Below, one piece after another: positions 48,261 through 57,023 of a stretch of 64,000 nt of DNA. Each line of letters opens with the position of its first letter. Position 1 is the first letter of the stretch. The stretch lies in the NCBI GenBank assembly GCA_045595395.1, contig JAZOAH010000010.1, positions 32,000 through 95,999 on the forward strand. The letters are read 5' to 3'. The stretch comes from Eubacteriales bacterium. GTDB lineage: Bacteria > Bacillota > Clostridia > Oscillospirales > UMGS1783. The notes below the pieces were generated by a model that was given only the letters and a program-made list of their open reading frames with translations, was not told the origin of the DNA and did no database searches. Made by a program: the position numbers and the translations under genes.

Positions 48261-49043
48261 ATGAGAGTGAGTTATTTCCCCGGTTGTACCCTCAAGACCA
48301 AGGCCAAGGTACTGGACAAATATGCCCGTGCCTGCGCCGAGGCGTTGGGTGTTACTCTTGAGGAGATCGAAAATTGGCAGTGCTGCGGCGGTGTCTTCAC
48401 CATGTCGGCCAGCGAGCGTGCCACCAAGCTGTCCTCGGTGCGTGCTCTGTGCCAGGCACGGGATAAGGATCAGCCGCTGGTCAGCGTTTGCTCGGCCTGC
48501 CACAACGTCCTCAAGCAGACCAATCATGCTATGCAGACCGACGAAGGCTTTGCTTTCCGTGTCAACAACTATCTGGCAAGCGAAGATAAGGAATATCACG
48601 GCGAGGCCGAGGTCATTCATTACCTCGAGCTGTTGCGTGACAAGGTCGGCTACGATGCCATCAAGGAAAAGGTGGTCAAGCCGCTCGATCGCAAGATCGC
48701 CTGCTATTACGGCTGTCTGCTGCTGCGTCCCTCGGGCGTAATGCAGATGGACGATCCCGAGAACCCCTCCATCATGGAGGATCTCATCCGTGCGCTGGGC
48801 GGCGAGCCGGTCTATTTCCCGGCCCGTAACGAGTGCTGTGGCGGCTATGTGGTGCTGGAGGACAAGGCGGCGGCCGATAAGAAGGCTACGGCTGTCTGCC
48901 AAAGCGCCCAAAGAGCCGAGGCGGCCGAGATCGTCACTGCCTGCCCGCTGTGCCGCTACAATCTCGAGAAGAACAGCGAGATTCCCGTTGTGTATCTGAC
49001 TGAACTGCTGGCCGAAGCGCTGGGCGTGAAGGAGGAAGACTGA
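48261..49043 (+). CDS. hdrB: Heterodisulfide reductase subunit B-like (two CCG domains)
   Basis: YFPGC...WQCCGG...CSAC and YYGC...ECCGG...CPLC. Confidence 0.9.
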   Translation: MRVSYFPGCTLKTKAKVLDKYARACAEALGVTLEEIENWQCCGGVFTMSASERATKLSSVRALCQARDKDQPLVSVCSACHNVLKQTNHAMQTDEGFAFRVNNYLASEDKEYHGEAEVIHYLELLRDKVGYDAIKEKVVKPLDRKIACYYGCLLLRPSGVMQMDDPENPSIMEDLIRALGGEPVYFPARNECCGGYVVLEDKAAADKKATAVCQSAQRAEAAEIVTACPLCRYNLEKNSEIPVVYLTELLAEALGVKEED

Positions 49044-49432
49044 TGGAACATAAAGAATTGCTCCGTGAGGAGATCATCCGAGTCAGCGGCATCAATCCCC
49101 GCAAGTGCATGAAATGCGGCAAGTGCTCGGGTACCTGCCCGGCCTACAACGAGATGGAGTATCATCCCCATCAGTTTGTGTCGATGGTAGAAAAGGGCGA
49201 CATTGAGCCGTTGCTCGAGAGCCAGTCGCTCTATAAGTGCCTGTCCTGCTTTGCCTGTGTCGATCGCTGCCCCCGTGGGGTCGAGCCGGCTAAAATGGTC
49301 GAGGCAGTCCGCTTGGCTGTCCTGCGCCAAAAGGGCGGCAACCGTTTGAGTGCTGATGATATCCCGGCTCTGGTGGATGAGGATCTGCCGCAGCAGGCCA
49401 TTGTCAGCGCCATGCGTAAATACTGGAAATAA
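49043..49432 (+). CDS. hdrC: Heterodisulfide reductase subunit C-like (2x4Fe-4S)
   Basis: CMKCGKCSGTCP and CLSCFACVDRCP. Confidence 0.9.
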   Translation: MEHKELLREEIIRVSGINPRKCMKCGKCSGTCPAYNEMEYHPHQFVSMVEKGDIEPLLESQSLYKCLSCFACVDRCPRGVEPAKMVEAVRLAVLRQKGGNRLSADDIPALVDEDLPQQAIVSAMRKYWK

Positions 49433-49446
49433 GGAGGAGAAACCAA

Positions 49447-51441
49447 ATGCAAAGAATAGGCGTTTTCGTCTGTTGGTGCGGAAGCAATATCGCCGGTACG
49501 GTTGATGTGCAGGCCGTGTCCGATGCCCTGGCCCATGAGCCGGGCGTGGTTTTCTCCACCAACTATCAATACATGTGCTCCCAGGCGGGGCAGCAAATGA
49601 TCATCGAGGCCGTCAAGGAGCATAAGCTCACCGGCATCGTGGTCTGCTCCTGCTCACCTCGCATGCACGAGGCTACCTTTAGAAAAACGGCGGCGGCCGC
49701 CGGTCTTAACCCCTACATGGTCGAGATCGCCAATATCCGTGAGCAGTGTTCTTGGGTACATAAGGACATTCCCGTAGGCACCGAGAAGGCCATCATTCTG
49801 GGCAAGGCTGCCGTGGCTAAGGTCAATCTCAATACCCCGCTGACCCCGGGCGAGAGCCCTGTCACCAAGCGAGCGCTGGTCATCGGCGGCGGTATCGCCG
49901 GTATCCAGACGGCGCTCGACATTGCCGATGCCGGCTTTGAGGTCGACATCGTCGAAAAGAACCCCACCATCGGCGGCAAAATGGCTCAGCTGGATAAGAC
50001 CTTCCCGACCCTCGACTGCGCCGCCTGCATCCTGACCCCGAAGATGGTCGATGTGGCCCAGCATGAGAAGATCCGCATCTTCTCCTACAGCGAGGTGCAG
50101 GAGGTCAAGGGCTTTGTCGGCAACTTTACCGTCAAGATCAATAAGAAGGCTCGCTATGTCAAAGAGGATGTTTGCACCGGCTGTGGTCTGTGCACCGAGA
50201 AGTGCCCGCAGAAAAAGGTGCCCAACGAGTTCAACCTCGGTATGGACACCCGCCGTGCCATCTATATCCCCTTTGCCCAGGCCGTGCCCAAGGTAGCCGC
50301 CATTGATCCCGGCTACTGCACCAAGCTCAAGACCGGCAAATGCGGTGTCTGCGAAAAGGTCTGCACCGCCAAGGCTATCGACTATACCCAGAAGGATGAG
50401 TTGTTCGAAGAGAATTACGGCGCTATCGTGGTAGCCACCGGCTTCAATCCCATCCCGATGGATCAATTTGACGAGTATGCCTACAACCAGTCCAAGGACG
50501 TTATCACCTCGCTCGAATTCGAGCGTCTGACCAACGCCGCCGGCCCGACGGCAGGAAAACTGCTGCGTCCGTCGGACGGGGTGCATCCGCACAAGATCGT
50601 TTTCGTCCAGTGCGTCGGCTCTCGCTGCGCCAACTGCGCCGAAAAGGGCAAGGAATACTGCTCCAAGATCTGCTGCATGTATACCGCCAAGCACGCTATG
50701 CTCACCCGTGACAAGTACCCCGACACCGAGGTCTATGTCTTCTATATCGACGTGCGTACCCCCGGCAAGAATTTTGACGAGTTCTACCGCCGTGCCGTCG
50801 AGGAGTATGGTGTCCATTATATTAAAGGCATGGTCGGTAAGATCTCGCCCGAGGGCAATAAGCTGATGGTTCGTGCCAGCGACCTGCTGGATAATAAGCA
50901 GTTGGAAATTGATGCTGACCTGGTCGTGCTGGCCGCCGCCATCGAGCCGGATAAATCGGCCCGTCCGCTGGCTACCATGCTGACCGCCAGCATGGACACC
51001 AACGATTTCTTTACCGAAGCCCATCCCAAGCTCCGTCCCGTCGAATCGCCGACGGCCGGCGTCTTCCTGTCGGGTACCTGCCAGGGCCCCAAGGACATTC
51101 CCGAGACCGTTTCCCAGGCCGGTGCTGCTGCTGCCAAGGTCATCGGTCTGCTGGCTAAGGATAAGCTGACCGGTAACCCCTGCGTCGCCCATTCGGATGA
51201 ATGGATGTGCAACGGCTGCTCCTCCTGCGAGCGTGTTTGCCCCTACGGCGCTATTACCTATAGTGATAAAGAATTCCGTATGCCCGACCGCACCACCAAG
51301 GTGCGCCGTGTAGCAGCGGTCAATCCGGCCGTCTGCCAGGGCTGCGGTGCTTGTACCGTTGCCTGCCCGTCGGGCGCTATGGATCTCAACGGCTTTGCCG
51401 GCAACCAGATCATTGCGGAGGTGGATGCGATATGCAAATGA
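49447..51441 (+). CDS. hdrA: Heterodisulfide reductase subunit A (flavoprotein)
   Basis: RIGVFVCWCG, NIREQCSWVH, GGGIAG, LDKTFPTLDC, QCVGSR, YCSKICCMY, GPKDIP, ferredoxin inserts. Confidence 0.95.
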   Translation: MQRIGVFVCWCGSNIAGTVDVQAVSDALAHEPGVVFSTNYQYMCSQAGQQMIIEAVKEHKLTGIVVCSCSPRMHEATFRKTAAAAGLNPYMVEIANIREQCSWVHKDIPVGTEKAIILGKAAVAKVNLNTPLTPGESPVTKRALVIGGGIAGIQTALDIADAGFEVDIVEKNPTIGGKMAQLDKTFPTLDCAACILTPKMVDVAQHEKIRIFSYSEVQEVKGFVGNFTVKINKKARYVKEDVCTGCGLCTEKCPQKKVPNEFNLGMDTRRAIYIPFAQAVPKVAAIDPGYCTKLKTGKCGVCEKVCTAKAIDYTQKDELFEENYGAIVVATGFNPIPMDQFDEYAYNQSKDVITSLEFERLTNAAGPTAGKLLRPSDGVHPHKIVFVQCVGSRCANCAEKGKEYCSKICCMYTAKHAMLTRDKYPDTEVYVFYIDVRTPGKNFDEFYRRAVEEYGVHYIKGMVGKISPEGNKLMVRASDLLDNKQLEIDADLVVLAAAIEPDKSARPLATMLTASMDTNDFFTEAHPKLRPVESPTAGVFLSGTCQGPKDIPETVSQAGAAAAKVIGLLAKDKLTGNPCVAHSDEWMCNGCSSCERVCPYGAITYSDKEFRMPDRTTKVRRVAAVNPAVCQGCGACTVACPSGAMDLNGFAGNQIIAEVDAICK

Positions 51442-51866
51442 ACGAACATAAGCCCCTGATCGTGGCCTTCTGCTGCAACTGGTGCTCCTATGCAGGCGCT
51501 GACCTGGCCGGTAACAATCGTCTCAACTACCCGGCCGAGGTCAAGATCATCCGTGTCCCCTGCTCCTGCCGTGTCAACCCCATCTTCGTGCTGCGTGCCT
51601 TCCAGCGTGGCGCCGATGGTGTCATTATCTGCGGCTGCCACCCCGGGGACTGCCACTACACCTCCGGCAACTACTATACCCGCCGCCGTATGGCGTTGCT
51701 CTTCTCGATGCTCGAGTATCTCGGTATTGAAAAGGAGCGCACCAGACTGGAATGGGTCTCGGCTGCCGAAGGCGCTAAGTTCGCCGCCACCATGGAGGAT
51801 TTTGCCAAACAAGTCACCGCATTGGGTGAGAATAAAAGACTGGAGGATCTGCGATGCAAACGATAA
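51432..51866 (+). CDS. mvhD: MvhD/FlxD-like 2Fe-2S subunit
   Basis: FCCNWCSYAGAD, RVPCSCRV, GCHPGDCHY, WVSAAEG. Confidence 0.9.
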   Translation: MQMNEHKPLIVAFCCNWCSYAGADLAGNNRLNYPAEVKIIRVPCSCRVNPIFVLRAFQRGADGVIICGCHPGDCHYTSGNYYTRRRMALLFSMLEYLGIEKERTRLEWVSAAEGAKFAATMEDFAKQVTALGENKRLEDLRCKR

Positions 51867-52840
51867 AGCGTGATCAACTGGTCGAAAAAGCAACGCAGCT
51901 TCTGGCCGACGGCACGGTCAACCGTGTACTGGGCTGGAAGAAGGGCGAGTTCGACTACGATGTGACCCCGGCGGTCTTCGCCGATGCCGCCTCTTTGAAG
52001 GATTTTGTTTATGACGATTTCTGCGGCGCAAACTTTTCCAAGTATCTCATCAAGGAAACGGGCAAGGAGGGCAAGGTGCTTGTCTTCTTAAAGCCCTGCG
52101 ATACCTATTCCTTTAATCAGCTGCTCACCGAGCATCGCTTTGACCGTGAAAAGGTCTATGCCGTCGGCATCCCCTGCAACGGCATGATCGACATCAATAA
52201 GGTCAAGGAAATGGCCGGTGAGGGCATCCTCTCGGTCAAGAGCGATGAGGCGGTAACTGTCGAAACGCTGTATGAGGGCGTAAAGACCCTTGCCTTTGCC
52301 GATGTGCTGGCCGAGCGCTGTGTCAACTGTAAGAGCAAAAAGCATGTCGCCTATGACGAGCTGCTGGGCGAGGAGGGTCAAGTGCTCGACTCCAACCGCT
52401 TCGATGAAGTCGCCGCTCTCGAGGCCATGACACCCGATGAGCGTTATGCCTTCTGGCAGGGTGAATTGTCCCGCTGCATCCGCTGCAATGCCTGCCGTGA
52501 TGTCTGCCCGGCCTGCACCTGCGAGAAGTGTGTCTTCGGCAACCCCAATTCGGGCGCCGAGACCAAGGCTCCGTCGGACAGCTTTGAGGAGAAGATGTTC
52601 CACATCATCCGTGCCTTCCATGTGGCCGGTCGCTGCACCGACTGCGGCGAGTGCTCCCGTGTCTGCCCGCAGAACATTCCGCTGCATCTGCTCAACCGCA
52701 AGTTCATCAAGGATATCAACACCTTCTACGGTGACTATCAGGCCGGCCAAGAGGTCGGCAGCCGTGCGCCGCTGGTCGACTATAAGCTCGACGATCTTGA
52801 GCCGGGCGAGGCAGTAGGAAGGGGTGGCGACAATGCGTAA
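51854..52840 (+). CDS. 4Fe-4S protein, FlxC-like (FrhB/FdhB-related N-terminus)
   Basis: KPCD, GIPC, CVNC, CIRCNACRDVCPACTC, CTDCGECSRVCP. Confidence 0.75.
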   Translation: MQTIKRDQLVEKATQLLADGTVNRVLGWKKGEFDYDVTPAVFADAASLKDFVYDDFCGANFSKYLIKETGKEGKVLVFLKPCDTYSFNQLLTEHRFDREKVYAVGIPCNGMIDINKVKEMAGEGILSVKSDEAVTVETLYEGVKTLAFADVLAERCVNCKSKKHVAYDELLGEEGQVLDSNRFDEVAALEAMTPDERYAFWQGELSRCIRCNACRDVCPACTCEKCVFGNPNSGAETKAPSDSFEEKMFHIIRAFHVAGRCTDCGECSRVCPQNIPLHLLNRKFIKDINTFYGDYQAGQEVGSRAPLVDYKLDDLEPGEAVGRGGDNA

Positions 52841-53849
52841 ATGTGCCAAGGCTGACCTGAACAAGGTGCTGGCCGCTGTCGGCACCGTCTACCTGCCGGT
52901 CGATACCGAACAGGGTGCGGAATATGCCGAGTGGAAAGAGGGCATGACCCTCTCGGAAGCCACCAATACCCTGCGCAGCGCCAAAGATTTCTTCTTCCCC
53001 CAGACCCAGGATCTTGTGAGATTCAAGACCGAGGGCAAGATCATTGATATCATCGACATCCGCAAGGCGAGTGAGGATTTCACCGTCTTCGGTGTGCGTG
53101 CCTGCGATGTCAAAAGCATCGAGGTGCTGGACAATGTCTTCTTAAACGAGCCGGTCGACAGCTACTATGCCGAGCGCCGTGCCCATGCCACCATCGTGTC
53201 GATGGCCTGCGCCCGTCCGCTGGAAACCTGCTTTTGCTCCACCTTCGGCATCGACGCCGCCGCCCCCGAGGGCGATGTGGTAACCTGGATGACCGAGGAT
53301 GCCCTTTATTTCGAGGCTAAGACCGAGAAGGGCGAGGCCTGGATGGCCAAGATCGAAGGCTTGACCGAGAACTGCGACGATGCCGCCGTTAAGGCGCAGC
53401 AGGAGAAGACCCGAGAGATCCTCAACAAGCTGCCCTTGGCCGATCTGACCACCGACGGCTTTGATCCGGACAAGACGATGGAACTGTTTGACCGTCCCGA
53501 ATGGGCCACCCTGTCGGAGGCCTGCCTCGGTTGCGGCACCTGCACCTTTGTCTGCCCGACCTGCCAGTGCTACGATATCAAGGATTTCAACAGCGGCCGT
53601 GACATTACCCGCTACCGTTGCTGGGATTCCTGCATGTATTCGGACTTTACCCTCATGTCGGCCGGCCAGCCCCGACTGACCCAGAAGGAGCGGTTTCGTC
53701 AGCGTTTCATGCATAAGCTGGTCTATTATCCGGCTAACAATAACGGGCTGTGCTCCTGCGTCGGCTGCGGCCGCTGCGTGGCCAAGTGCCCCATTTCGAT
53801 GAATATTGCCAAGGTCATGAAAACGATAGGAGGGAAGAGCCATGAATAA
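52833..53849 (+). CDS. 4Fe-4S protein, FlxB/AsrA-like
   Basis: KDFFFP, GVRACD, TCFC, CLGCGTCTFVCPTCQC, RCWDSC, RQRFMHK, CVGCGRCVAKCP. Confidence 0.8.
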   Translation: MRKCAKADLNKVLAAVGTVYLPVDTEQGAEYAEWKEGMTLSEATNTLRSAKDFFFPQTQDLVRFKTEGKIIDIIDIRKASEDFTVFGVRACDVKSIEVLDNVFLNEPVDSYYAERRAHATIVSMACARPLETCFCSTFGIDAAAPEGDVVTWMTEDALYFEAKTEKGEAWMAKIEGLTENCDDAAVKAQQEKTREILNKLPLADLTTDGFDPDKTMELFDRPEWATLSEACLGCGTCTFVCPTCQCYDIKDFNSGRDITRYRCWDSCMYSDFTLMSAGQPRLTQKERFRQRFMHKLVYYPANNNGLCSCVGCGRCVAKCPISMNIAKVMKTIGGKSHE

Positions 53850-54675
53850 TCGTCCGGAAACGCTGATTCCTGTGCTCGGCGTCATTACCGATATCCGTAT
53901 CGACACCCCTGATGTCAAGACCTTCCGTGTCGTGACCCCCGACGGGGTCAAGCCCTTTATCCATAAGCCCGGCCAGTGCGCCATGCTTTCCATTCCGGGT
54001 GTGGGTGAGGCCATGTTCTCCATCACCTCGTCGCCGACCAATACCGAGTTTATGGAGTTTTCCATCAAGAAGTGCGGCTGTCTGACCGATTGGCTGCATC
54101 AGGCCGAGGTCGGCCAGCAGATCACCATCCGAGGCCCTTACGGCAACGCCTTCCCGGTCGACGATGAGTTTGCCGGCAAGGATCTGCTCTTTATCGCCGG
54201 CGGCATCGGCTTGGCTCCGCTGCGTTCGGTCATCAACTATGTGCGTCATTATCGTGACCGCTACGGCAAGATCGATATCGTCTACGGCTCTCGTTCCAAG
54301 GCCGATCTGGTCGATTATCAGGAGATCATCGACGAGTGGATGACCGATGACGGTGTGGATGTCCATCTGACCATCGACCGTGAGGAAGAGGGCTGGGACG
54401 GCCATGTCGGTTTCGTTCCCAATTATGTGAAGGAACTGGCCTTTGATACCAATAAGGTGGCCATCATCTGCGGCCCGCCCATCATGATCAAGTTTTCGCT
54501 GGAGGGTCTGGCTTCCCTGGGCTTTACCAAGGAGCAGGTCTATACCACGCTGGAAATGCGCATGAAATGCGGCATCGGCAAGTGCGGCCGCTGCAATGTG
54601 GCCAATAAATACATCTGCAAGGACGGCCCTGTCTTCCGCTTCGATGAGCTGGATGAGCTGCCCGACGAGTATTAA
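53842..54675 (+). CDS. FAD/NAD(H)-binding 2Fe-2S oxidoreductase, FlxA/AsrB/PyrK-like
   Basis: PGQ, RGPYGN, AGGIGLAP, ICGPPIM, MKCGIGKCGRC...ICKDGP. Confidence 0.88.
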   Translation: MNNRPETLIPVLGVITDIRIDTPDVKTFRVVTPDGVKPFIHKPGQCAMLSIPGVGEAMFSITSSPTNTEFMEFSIKKCGCLTDWLHQAEVGQQITIRGPYGNAFPVDDEFAGKDLLFIAGGIGLAPLRSVINYVRHYRDRYGKIDIVYGSRSKADLVDYQEIIDEWMTDDGVDVHLTIDREEEGWDGHVGFVPNYVKELAFDTNKVAIICGPPIMIKFSLEGLASLGFTKEQVYTTLEMRMKCGIGKCGRCNVANKYICKDGPVFRFDELDELPDEY

Positions 54676-54688
54676 GGAGAAAACCGCT

Positions 54689-55363
54689 ATGGAAAATATG
54701 GTAAATGTTTATCTGTTCGGGAAGAAATACTCTGTTCCCGAAAACCTGACCATTATGAATGCGATGGAATATGCGGGCTATCAGCTGGTGCGCGGCTGCG
54801 GCTGCCGTAACGGCTTCTGCGGCGCTTGCGCCACCATCTATCGCATCAAGGGCGACCGTGACCTGAAGGTCTGTCTGGCCTGCCAGACCAAGGTGGAAAA
54901 CGACATGTATGTCGCCACCCTGCCCTTCTTCCCGCTGGTCAAGCAGGTCTATGATATGAATACTATCAAGCCCACCGAGCAGGTCATGATGCAGCTGTAC
55001 CCCGAGATCTACGCCTGCGTCGGCTGCAATGCCTGCACCAAGTCCTGCACCCAGGATCTGAATGTTATGCAGTATATTGCCTACGCCCAGCGTGGCGAGT
55101 ATGAGAAGTGCGCCGAGGAGTCTTTTGACTGTGTGATGTGCGGCGTCTGCTCCTCCCGCTGCCCGGCCGGCATCTCTCATCCGCAGGTGGCCATGCTGGC
55201 TCGCCGCTTAAACGGTAAGTACCTGGCGCCCGATTGCGGCCACCTCAACGACCGTGTGCAGGAGATCAAAGACGGTACCTTTACCGAACTGATCGAAGCA
55301 CTCATGCAAAAGCCGGTCGAAGAACTCAAAGAACTCTACAATAACCGTGAGATCGAGAAATAA
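54689..55363 (+). CDS. frdB: Fumarate reductase iron-sulfur subunit (2Fe-2S plus 2x4Fe-4S)
   Basis: AAGGAG RBS, ATG at 54689; GCRNGFCGAC...LAC, CVGCNACTKSC, CVMCGVCSSRCP. Confidence 0.75.
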   Translation: MENMVNVYLFGKKYSVPENLTIMNAMEYAGYQLVRGCGCRNGFCGACATIYRIKGDRDLKVCLACQTKVENDMYVATLPFFPLVKQVYDMNTIKPTEQVMMQLYPEIYACVGCNACTKSCTQDLNVMQYIAYAQRGEYEKCAEESFDCVMCGVCSSRCPAGISHPQVAMLARRLNGKYLAPDCGHLNDRVQEIKDGTFTELIEALMQKPVEELKELYNNREIEK

Positions 55364-55377
55364 GGAGGGGTGACAGA

Positions 55378-57003
55378 ATGTATCCGGAAAGACTGAAAGA
55401 ATCGCTGGCCGCCGTTGAGGCCGCCCGTGATGCCAATATTGCACTTGAGCCCCGCCGCATGACGGCGCAGGAGAAGGAAGACCTGCTGGCCGCCTACCAT
55501 CCCGACTACCGTCAGGACCAGTTTGAGGTACTGACCATCGGCCCGAACAAGGGCGAGAAAGTGCCCAAGGAACTGGCCGCCTCTCTGCAGGCCGGCAGCC
55601 GCATCACCTCCGATTCGGTCGATCTGAATCAGGTCGACTATGATGTCGATGTGCTGGTCATCGGCGGGGGTGGCGCCGGTTCTTCGGCTGCCATCGAAGC
55701 CCACGAGGCCGGTGCCAACGTCATGATCGTGACCAAACTGCGTATCGGTGATGCCAACACCATGATGGCTGAGGGTGGCATTCAGGCTGCCGATAAGCCC
55801 AACGATTCGCCGGCCATCCACTTTGTCGATGCCTTCGGCGGCGGCCATTATGCCGCCAAGCGTGACCTGCTGGCCAAGCTGGTCTGCGATGCCCCCGAAG
55901 CCATTCAGTGGCTGGGTGAACTGGGCGTTGAGTTTGATAAGGATGCCCAGGGCAACATGGTCACCACCCACGGCGGCGGTACTTCCCGCAAGCGCATGCA
56001 TGCCGCCCGTGACTATTCGGGCGCTGAGATCATGCGTACTCTGCGTGACGAGGTGCTGGGCCGTGGCATTCCTGTGGTCGATTTCACCGCTGCTATCGAG
56101 CTGATCCTCGATGATCAGGGCAACGCCGCCGGCGCTGTTTTGATGAATATGGAAACCAAGGAGCTGATGGTGGCTCGTGCCAAGACGGTCGTTATTGCGA
56201 CTGGCGGTGCCGGCCGTATGCACTATCAGGGCTTCCCGACCTCCAACCACTACGGCGCTACCGCTGACGGTCTGGTCCTGGGTTACCGTGCCGGCGCCCG
56301 TCTGCTCTATGCCGATACCCTGCAGTACCATCCGACCGGTGCCGCCTATCCCGAGCAGATCTTCGGTGCACTGGTTACCGAGAAGGTGCGTTCGCTGGGT
56401 GCCAAACTGATCAACGTGAAGGGCGAAGCCTTTATGCATCCGCTTGAGACCCGTGACGTGTCGGCCGCTTCCATCATTCGTGAGTGCTCCGACCGTGGCA
56501 ATGGTGTCGACACCGGTTCGGGCCAGGCCGTTTGGCTGGACACCCCGATGATCGAGAAGATCGGCGGCGAGGGTACCATCCTGCGCCGTATCCCGGCCAT
56601 GCACCGCATGTTTGCCAAGTACGGCATTGATATTCGCAAAGAGCCCATCCTCATCTATCCCACCCTCCACTATCAGAACGGCGGCCTGGACATCAACGTT
56701 GACGGCCAGACCACCAACATCAAGAATCTGTTCGTGGCCGGTGAGGCGGTCGGCGGTATTCACGGCCGCAACCGTTTGATGGGCAACTCTCTGCTTGACA
56801 TCATCGTCTTCGGCCGCAGCGCCGGCAAGAATGCCGCTGCCGCCGCCAAGGACGCAACCGTCGGCAGTCTCACTCTCAAGCATGTCGATGAATTTGAAGC
56901 ACAGCGTGCCGCCGCAGGCATCAACGGTTCCGAAGTTTCTCCGAAACTGCTGCCTACCTACACCCACGGCAACCCCAATTTTGAGGGCAAAAAAGTATTC
57001 TAA
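55378..57003 (+). CDS. frdA: Fumarate reductase flavoprotein (soluble, TfrA-like)
   Basis: GGGGAG, NTMMAEGG, IATGG, QYHPTG, TEKVR, ETRD, HYQNGG, AGE, HGRNRLMGNSL. Confidence 0.8.
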   Translation: MYPERLKESLAAVEAARDANIALEPRRMTAQEKEDLLAAYHPDYRQDQFEVLTIGPNKGEKVPKELAASLQAGSRITSDSVDLNQVDYDVDVLVIGGGGAGSSAAIEAHEAGANVMIVTKLRIGDANTMMAEGGIQAADKPNDSPAIHFVDAFGGGHYAAKRDLLAKLVCDAPEAIQWLGELGVEFDKDAQGNMVTTHGGGTSRKRMHAARDYSGAEIMRTLRDEVLGRGIPVVDFTAAIELILDDQGNAAGAVLMNMETKELMVARAKTVVIATGGAGRMHYQGFPTSNHYGATADGLVLGYRAGARLLYADTLQYHPTGAAYPEQIFGALVTEKVRSLGAKLINVKGEAFMHPLETRDVSAASIIRECSDRGNGVDTGSGQAVWLDTPMIEKIGGEGTILRRIPAMHRMFAKYGIDIRKEPILIYPTLHYQNGGLDINVDGQTTNIKNLFVAGEAVGGIHGRNRLMGNSLLDIIVFGRSAGKNAAAAAKDATVGSLTLKHVDEFEAQRAAAGINGSEVSPKLLPTYTHGNPNFEGKKVF

Positions 57004-57023
57004 ATTCTTCGGAGGAATAAGTT

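Noticed and set aside
48261..54675. Methanogen contamination or a sulfite reductase/hydrogenase operon
   Set aside because: Codon style and RBS match flanking bacterial genes; no AsrC, NiFe large subunit or methanogenesis genes
55378..57003. L-aspartate oxidase NadB
   Set aside because: No nadA/nadC; paired with an Fe-S subunit and fumC, which favours fumarate reductase
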